From the human T2T-CHM13v2.0 reference genome, Homo sapiens: a stretch of 64,000 bases of DNA. The notes below the pieces were generated by a model. That model was not told the origin of the DNA, ran no database searches, and saw nothing but the letters and a program-made list of their open reading frames with translations. The position numbers and the translations under genes are program-made. Positions 53,123 through 64,000 of this stretch are shown here, piece by piece; position 1 is the first letter of the stretch, and every line of letters starts with the position of its first letter. The stretch lies in assembly GCF_009914755.1 (NCBI RefSeq), contig NC_060937.1. The stretch is one strand, 5' to 3'.

Positions 53123-54925
53123 TGAGCAGGGGTTAAAGACTCAGAAAAAGAAACAACTTCACTATGGCCTATAATATTAATGGAAATACTTCAGCCTGAA
53201 AGGTTAAAATAAAGCACTCCCTTTGGTGGAGGATGACTTTGGCTGCATGGAATCAGTGTACTTTGTGCTCAGGCTTAGGAGAACATATCAAGTTATCACG
53301 GCTGGCTACACAGCCTGGTGTCAGTTTAACTCTTTCAGCCACAGTAGCATAACGGGAAATTACTTCCTCTTGGGTTCTTTGTATGTGCAGTCATTGTGTC
53401 TGCATTTGTATTGTATTATCTTTCCTCATCTGGCTTCCTGATAAAATGGAGAATCGATTTTTTAGTGATTTCTGCCTAGCAGAGACAATTATCTGTTTAT
53501 TTTTCTTTGCCTTTCCTGGTTTCAGATATAGAATTTATTCACCTGTTATTAAATTTTCAATTAGATGATAAAAGTTTAAGGTTTTTGAAATATGATCTTA
53601 ACCACTGAAAGATGAGTGGGGTGAGAAACATAGAAAAAAGTAACCGTGTGAAAATAATTCCCAAGGAAAAGCCAGTATTGTTGAACGGGTACATACTGGC
53701 TCTTTTACTAAGATGTCTTCTGAATTAAAAGAGCATGTGAAATTATAACACATTTATACGTCAATGAAAATAAAACAACTTATCATAACTCGTTTCATAC
53801 TCTCAGATAAGCCACTTCACTGTGACAATGAAGGTGACGTGATACCTAACTATACAATAAAAAAAATAGCACTTTAAGTATATATTTACAAACGTATGTA
53901 TACACTCTTTGTGTTTGGAAATAGCTACGTTCATTTGAGCAAATAAATCCCCTAAAAGCAACAAGATGGGAGAAAACATTAACTCAATCATTATCACTTA
54001 AGCTTGCCTTACTTTTTACTGTCTCTGTTATGATATTTTCAGTTACTTAATATGACTGTGTTGAAGATGGTTTAGAAATCTATGTGAGATTAAGTACAAG
54101 ATACTAAGTGGATAAGAAAGCACATTTACATATTTTTGCTTACTATTACATTGTAAAATATTTTTATTTTGATCCTACTAGAAGAGCTGAGGGAAAGGCA
54201 GAATAGCCTGATTATTGCTGGAGAATTTCTCTGTTCCCTACCATGATTCCAGAAGCTCTTGCACACTTCATCAGTATTATTGTAATTCTTTGGCTGCAGG
54301 ATATTTGGCAGCTGTTGCACCCCACTGGCAAATCCTATTCATACTTCTTTCCCATTCACCATTGCCATTGGAGAATTGATTTCTCTCTCCTCTACTCTAA
54401 CCTTTCCCAATTCATTTTGGATTGTTCAATGTGAAACATTTTAATTTCATATCATACAGCTATTCAGCTTACAATCCCTTTTTTAACCTGTCACCAGGGT
54501 AACAGCATAGCATGCTTTCTTTAGGCAATCAAGTTTTTATTTCACATGCTTAATGTTGCATTAAATGTTTGCATTTTGTTTAACCCCCTTAAATAGTTTG
54601 AACTCTGGATATGTTTTATAGGGTAATGAAATCCTTGATTTTTGAATTGAAACTAAATCAACACCATCAGTGCATTTATAATAAAATGTCAAAAGATTAA
54701 TTTCCATAATACAAAGATTATTATTAAAAACGCAAGTTAGCTGATCTGTGTAAGGCAATTTTCTGTAGGTAATGGAGGAATATTTGTATATATTATATTT
54801 GTGTTCAGCCTTGTTCCAAAAAAAGATTTAAAAGTGGTTTAGAGATTGTCAGTGAGATAAGTAAAAAACTTAAAAAAGGAATAGATTTGGTGCAAATGGG
54901 AAAATATATCTTTTGAACCCATTAT

Positions 54926-55084
54926 TTGATTTTTCAGTATAATGCTTTTTTCTCTGTTCGTATATATGAAGATTTGATTACTTGATTTTTCAGTATAATG
55001 CTTTTTTCTCTGTTTGTATATATGAAGATGTGATTACTTGATTTTTCAGTATAATGCTTTTTTCTATATTTGTATATATGAAGA
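54926..55084. repeat. 56-bp minisatellite, ~2.8 copies
   Basis: Unit ttgatttttcagtataatgcttttttctctgtttgtatatatgaagatgtgattac starts at 54926, 54982 and 55038. Confidence 0.95.
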
Positions 55085-55484
55085 CCATAATGATTTATGC
55101 ATGTGGAGATGGGTGAAGTAACGAGATGTACTAGAATGAGATTAGACATCTTTTCTAGGAGACCAGTGTGGGCATTGTGTGCTTTAATATCTCTTCATCA
55201 GTTTACTTTAGAACTACCTTTTCCTTAAAATAAGTAATTTAATAATAATAGATTAGTGAAGATAAAAATGCATATGTTTAGATATTGATTATTTGACTTG
55301 AATTGGATAGACCTCAGTTTCCCTTTACAGAACTACCTAGTCATCTTTTCAGCCTTATCCCCAATAATATGTTCAATGAAATTTGTTCTGTGAATAAATC
55401 CTGTGATATTTGGAAAATACTAAGAAATGTGTAAGACAAGGTAGAGCAGAGACTAGCAAACCATGTTGCTTGGAAGCATGGTTC

Positions 55485-57588
55485 AAATTGTAATGCCCGG
55501 GGTAACCACTAAGAAAATAACTTTAAAAAATAGTATTAGTAAAAGAAAAGTCAAGGGAATTAAAATAAGACAATAGAAAACGTTGATTTAAAACAAGACA
55601 ATAATAAAGGAATAGAGGGAGAAAAAAGATATGACATATAGAAAGTAAAAAGCAAAATGGTAGATGTAAATCCTACCTGACGGGTAATTAATTATATTAA
55701 ATGCAGATGGCTTAAGCCTATCAAGAGCAGATACTGACAGAATAGATTTAAAAATATGATCAAACCATATGCTTTACAAGAGACACACTTTAGAGTTAAA
55801 GGCATAAATAGGTCAATTGTAAAAGGATGGAAAAAAGTATCAGACAGACATTGTATTCGTAATATTATTATCAGTATTTTATTACTAATAATGCTGATGT
55901 CAAACAAAATAGCCTTTTTTTTTTTTTTTGAGATAGGGTCTTGCTCTGTCACCCAGTCTGGAGTGCAGTGGCATCACAGGTCACTGCAAGTTTGAACTCC
56001 TGGGCTCAGGTGATTCTCCTGCCTCAGCCTCCTGAGTAGCTGGTACTAGAGTGCATGCCCTAACATTTGGCTATATATATATTTTTAAATAGAGATGAGG
56101 TCTTGCTATGTTACCCAGGCAAGTCTCGAACTCCTGGGCTCAAGTGATCCTCCCACCTCAGCCTCCTGAAGTGCTGGGATTATAGGCATGAGTCAACACA
56201 CCCAGCCTTTTTTTGTATTTTTTTTTTCTTCCAGAGACAGGGTCTTGCTCTGTCACCCAGGCTAGAATACAGTGGTGTGATTATAGCTCATTGCTGCCTC
56301 TAATTCCTGAGCTCATGTGATCCTTCTGCCTTAGCCTCCCAAGGAACTAGGACTACAGATGTACTCCACCATGCCCAGCTAATTTTTAAAAATCTCTTTA
56401 GAGGTAGGTTTTTCCTATATTGCCCAGGCTGGTCTTGAACTCCTGACCTCAAATGCCTGGACTCAAGTAATCCTTCCGCCTCAGCCTTCCAAGTAGCTGG
56501 GATTACAGGCATGAGCTGCCAAGACAAAATATTGTTCAAGACAAAATTATTGCTAGAGACAGAGGGGTATTTTATAATGATAAAAGGGTCAATCCATCAG
56601 AAAGCTATAACAAGTATAAACATATATGTACCTAATAACACAATTCCCAAATATGTGAAGCAAAACTGAGACAAAGAGAAAAATAGGCAATTCCACAATA
56701 CATCACTTTGAAAAATGGATAGAACAACTAGAGAGAATATCAGCAAGGAAGTAAAAGTGTCGGACAGCCCTATAGACCAAATAGATCTAACAGACATCTC
56801 TAGAATAATCTCTCCAACAACAGCAGAATATACCTGTCTCAAGTGCACGTATAACATTCTCCAGGCTAGACCATATTTACCATACCATATACTAGGCCAT
56901 AAAACAAGCCTCAGTAAATTTACTAGAATTGAAATCATCCAAAGTATGTTTCTGACAAATTAAATGAAATTAGAAAGCAACAAGGAAAATTTGGGAAGTT
57001 CATACATATGTGGAATTAAGCAATGTACTACCAAATAACCAATAGATTTACAAAATTACAGAGGAAACTAGAAAATATTTTGTGGTTAATATAAACATCA
57101 CAACATCTAAAAACGTGTGGGCTGCACATAAGCAGTGCTTAGAGGGAAATGAGAGCTGTAAGCACATGTATTAAAAAAAGAAGAGGCCAGGCAAAGTGGC
57201 TTACATTTGTAATCCTAGCACTTTGGGAGGCTGAGACGAGCAGATTGTTTGAGCCCACTAGTTCGAGACCAGCCTGGGCAACATGGTGAAACCCTATCTC
57301 TATAAAAAATACAAGAATATGCTGCGCATGGTGGCACGTGCCTATAGTCCTTGCTACTTGGGAGGCTGAGGTTGGGGAATTGTTTGAGCCCGGGAGGCGG
57401 AAGTTGCAGTGAGCCAAGATCGTACTACTGTACTCCTGCCTGGGTGGCAAAGTGAGACCCTATCTCAAAATAAAAGAAGAAATAAAGCTGGGTGTGGGTT
57501 TGGTGGCTAACGCCTGTAATCCCAATTCTTTGGGAGATTGAGACTGGAGGATCACTTCAGCCTAGAAGTTTGAGACCCCATCTCTACA

Positions 57589-57640
<52 letters not shown>

Positions 57641-60600
57641 TAATTCGCTGGGTGTGGTGGCACACACTTGTAATCCCAGCTACTAAGAAGGCTGAGGTGG
57701 GAGGATCGGTTGAGCCCAGGAAGTCAGGGCTGTAGCAGTGAGCCAAGATCATGCCACTGCACTCCAGCCTGGCTGACAGAGTGAGACCCTGTTGAAAGAA
57801 AGAAGGAGAGAGAGAGAGAGAGAAAGAAAGGGAGAAAGAAAGAAAGAGAGGGGGCGGTGGGAGGAGGGAGGGAGGGAGGGAAGGAAGGCAGTCAGGCAGG
57901 CAGGGAAGGGAGGGAGGGAGGGAGAGAAGGAAAGGAAGGATCAATTACCTTATCTTCCACTTCAGGAAACATGGAAAAATAGAGCAAACAAAAGCAGAGG
58001 GAATAAAATACTGAAAACTAGAGTACAAATAAATGAAATAGATACTAGAAAGCAATAGAGGAAATCAATAAAAGCAAAATGTGTTTGTTGGAAAGATCAC
58101 AGAAATGACAAACCTGTAGATAGGCTGACCAAAAGAAAAAAAACTGAAATTGTAAAATCATGAATAATAGGGGGTATGCCTACTGACCTTACAGAAATTA
58201 AAATGGTCATAAGGGAATATTGTGAACAATTGTTTACCAATAAACAAGATAACTTAGATAAAATGGAGAAATTCATAGAAAGATACAGACTGCCAACACT
58301 TTCTCAAGAGAAAGTAGGAAATCCGAATAGACTTATCATAAGTAAAGAGATGGAACTAATCGTTGCAAAACTTCTTAGAAAGAACTCAGGACCAGATGAC
58401 TTCATTGGTTAAAAAAGTTAAAGGAAAATTACTTAATACTAATCCTCACAAACTCTTCCAAAATCCCAATTTACAAGACCAATATCATCATGATTCCAAA
58501 ACCAGATAAAGTCATTGCAAGACAAAAACTAAAGGCTGATATCCTTCTTAAGTATTAATGCAAAAATTCCCAACCAAATAGTGGCAAACTGAATCCAAGA
58601 ATATATACAGTGATATACATCATAACCAAATGAGGTTTCTCCTAGGGATACAAAGTTGGTTTAACATACAAAAGTCAATCGATGTGATACATCATATTAA
58701 TAGAATAAGAGAAAAAAACCACAGGATTATCTCAAATGCAAAAAAAAAATCTGACAAAATCCAACAGCTTTTCATTATGAAAAACACTCAGCCTACTCGG
58801 AATAGAAGGCAACTTCCTCAGACTGATGAGGAGCATGTGTAATAAACCCACACCTGAAAATAAGGGCATCTAGATTGGAGAGAAGTCAACTTACCTCTTT
58901 TTGCAGATGACATGATTTTAGATGTAGAAAATCTTGAGGAATTGACAAACAAATCTGTTAGAACTAATGAGTCCTGGAAGGATACAGGATACAAGAATGA
59001 TATGCAAATATCAATTTTTGTTTTTATACAGTGGCATTGTACAAGCCAAAAATGAAATTAACAAAACAACTCTATATAGCACCAAAAAATATACAATACT
59101 TAAATGTAAATTTTAAACAAGAAATGCAATACTTGAACACTGAAAACTATAAAATGTTGTTGAAATAAAGATGACCTAAATGAAAAACACCCTATGTTTT
59201 GAATCAGAAGACCTAATATTGATCACCAAACTGATCTACAGATTCAGCACAATCCTTACTAGAATCCCAGCTGCATTATTTTTGGAAAAATAGACATCTG
59301 ATTCCAAAATTCATATGAAAATGCTTTTGCATTGTAAAAGAGGAATGAAGTTCAGAGGCTCCTACTTCCCGATTTCAAAACACTACAAAGCTACAATAAT
59401 CAAGACAAAGTGGTACTGGCGTAAGCATAGACATGTTGATCAATGGAATAGAATCGAGACTCCAGAAATAAATTGTTATATTTACAGTCAATTGAGTTCA
59501 GTAAGGATAGGAAGAAAATTGAATGAGTTAAGATTAATCTTTTCAGTAAATTCTGCTTGGGCAATTGGATATGCACATGTAAAAGAATGAAGTTGGTCTC
59601 CTTCCTCACACCATACATAAAAATGAACTTTAAGAATCATAGACCTAAATGTAACAGTGCATACAACAAAATTCTTAGAGAAAAACATAGGAGTTAATCT
59701 TTGTTACGTTTGGTTAGGTAATAATTTCTTACATAAGATGTCAAAAGTACACGCAGCAAAAGAAAAATTAGATAAATTGGACTTCAGAATTTAAAACTTG
59801 TGCTTTAAAGGACATGATGAAGAAAGTGAAAAGACATCCCTCAAAATGGGAGACAATATTTGCAAATCATATATATTTAATAGTCTTTTGTCTAGTATAG
59901 GGAATTCTTACAACTTAATAATAGGACAAATGATCCAGTTAAAAGATAGGCAAAGGACATGAATAAAAATTTTTCAAAAAAGATATAGAAATGGCCAATA
60001 AGCCCATAAAAGATGCTCTGTATCATTAGTTGATAGGAAAATGTAAGTCATAACCACAATGAGATACCACTTCACACCCATGAAGTGGTGAAGATGTGGA
60101 AACATGGGAACCATTACATGTTCCTGGTGGGAATTTATGACTACAGTGATATGAACTTGGGAATAATTTGACAGATTCTTAAAATATTAGACGATTACCA
60201 CATGACCTAGCTATTCCACTTCCTGGTATATACCCAAGGGAAATGAAACCATGTGTGCACAGAAATGTTGTATACAAATGTTTATAGTGGCATTTTTCAT
60301 AATAGCCAGTGGAAACAACCCTAATGTCCTTCAAATGATGAATGAGTATATAATAGTAAATAAAATGTGATACGTTCATAGAATGGATTATTTTTCAGCA
60401 ATAAAAATAAATGAGGTATTGATATTTTCTGCAACATGGATGAATTTTGCAAAAATGCTAGATGAAATAATTCAGTCAAAGTAGATCACAAATTTTCCCA
60501 GAATAAGCAAAGCTATAGAAATCGAAAGTACATAACAGTTGCTTAGGGCTGAGGAGGGGAATGTAGAGTAACTGCTCTCGTATCTAATGTTTCCCTTATG

Positions 60601-60735
60601 AGGCAATGAAAACGTTTTAAAGTTGCTTGTGGGGATGGTTGCATAACTCTGTGACTATACTAAAAACCATTAACTTGTACACTTCAGATGGGTTAAATGT
60701 ATGATATGTGAATTTCATCTCAAACTGTTTAAATG
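55485..60735 (+). mobile_element. Long decayed L1M (L1MB/MC-like): endonuclease, RT and 3' end, interrupted by Alus at ~55914-56520 (-), 57185-57480 (+) and 57487-57800 (+)
   Basis: ORF2p-like peptides LQETHF, IDLTDI...HILGHKTSL, WFNIQKSI.VIHHINR and [13 protein letters not shown], the sequence tttgcagatgacatg, and an L1M 3' UTR at 60400-60735. Confidence 0.88.
57800..57940. repeat. Purine-rich (GA)/(GGAA)/(GGGA) low-complexity tract derived from an Alu tail
   Basis: Directly visible. Confidence 0.9.
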
Positions 60736-61039
60736 TATATAGTCTGTTACACATTTTATATTTAAGAATTTGTTTTCCTAATGGTATAATAGATGTTCAA
60801 ATTTTAGGAATTAAATGAGGCATTTCTTCCTTCTAGTTTGATGGAGTCTTTGAGAATATTTCTTTTCAAATTGTAAAATATGTTTCTATGTCTGCTCTCA
60901 ATTTAGTGCAAGAGTAGCTCTTGGGGGTAGCAATATCAAGTGTTCCTGGGCTACCACCTGGAAGGTGGAAGTAGTAGATGTATGTGAACCCGCGTTCTTC
61001 CATCTTTTCTTTCCTCTTCTGCCTTGAAATGCAAGTGAC

Positions 61040-63499
<2,460 letters not shown>

Positions 63500-63855
63500 T
63501 GTATTAGTCCATTTTCACCCTGCTGATAAAGACATACCTGAGACTGGACAGTTTACAAAAGAAAGAGGTTTAATTGAACTTACAGTTCCACATGGCTGAG
63601 GAGGCCTCAGAATCATGGACGAGGAGGGGCAAGTCACATCTTAAGTGGATGGCAGCAGGCAAAAAGAGTTTTGTGCAGGGAAACCCCCCCCTTTTTTTTT
63701 TCTTTAACCATCAGATCTCGTGAGACTCCTTCACTATCATGAGAACAGCATAGGAAAGACCTGCCCCCATATTCAGTCACCTCTTACTGCGTCCCTCCCA
63801 TAACACGTGGGAATTCAAGATGAGATTTAGGTGGGGACACAGCCAAACCATATCA
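63500..63855 (-). mobile_element. THE1 (ERVL-MaLR) solo LTR
   Basis: Runs from tgtattagtccattttcac through gataaagacatacctgagactgg to gtggggacacagccaaaccatatca, the reverse complement of the THE1 start TGATATGGTTTGGCTGTGTCCCCAC. Confidence 0.93.
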
Positions 63856-64000
63856 GACCTAGAATAGCTAATAGGAACAAAGTTGCAGTACTTGGTCTAC
63901 AAATTTTCCTGAAATGGGCTCACCCCTGTCTCCTACCACACAGGAAAGTTAGAGATGCATCATAGACAGATCTACATGTAAAACATCTAAAACATGTGAG

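Noticed and set aside
54926-55084. CRISPR-like repeat array
   Set aside because: Head-to-tail repeats with no unique spacers, in eukaryotic DNA with no cas genes.

Overview
This window is primate (almost certainly human) genomic DNA from inside PCCA, the propionyl-CoA carboxylase alpha subunit gene, transcribed on the + strand. Six coding exons of 144, 75, 69, 76, 111 and 103 nt have GT-AG boundaries and splice into one open frame covering the end of the biotin-carboxylase domain and the following segment. From recalled gene structure they are exons 13-18 (c.1066-1643). The rest is AT-rich intron with more than 20 Alus, a 5'-truncated L1PA, long old L1M relics, solo LTRs (LTR8-like, MER21, THE1) and three near-full-length DNA transposons (Tigger2, HSMAR1, Tigger1). 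I found no evidence of a new multi-gene system, and nearly all ORF-track entries are repeat or low-complexity artefacts. The most notable items are: an 84-nt poison pseudoexon with two in-frame stops (9233-9316); a full-length HSMAR1 ending about 230 nt upstream of exon 17; a ~125-bp direct duplication bracketing exon 18; a tailless U2 snRNA retrocopy with a 20-bp TSD; a possible stop-free 288-nt circRNA (exons 13-15); a perfect 24-bp AT-rich inverted repeat; and repeat-free, motif-rich blocks that may be enhancers. Repeat subfamily calls come from remembered consensus sequences and repeat boundaries are approximate.
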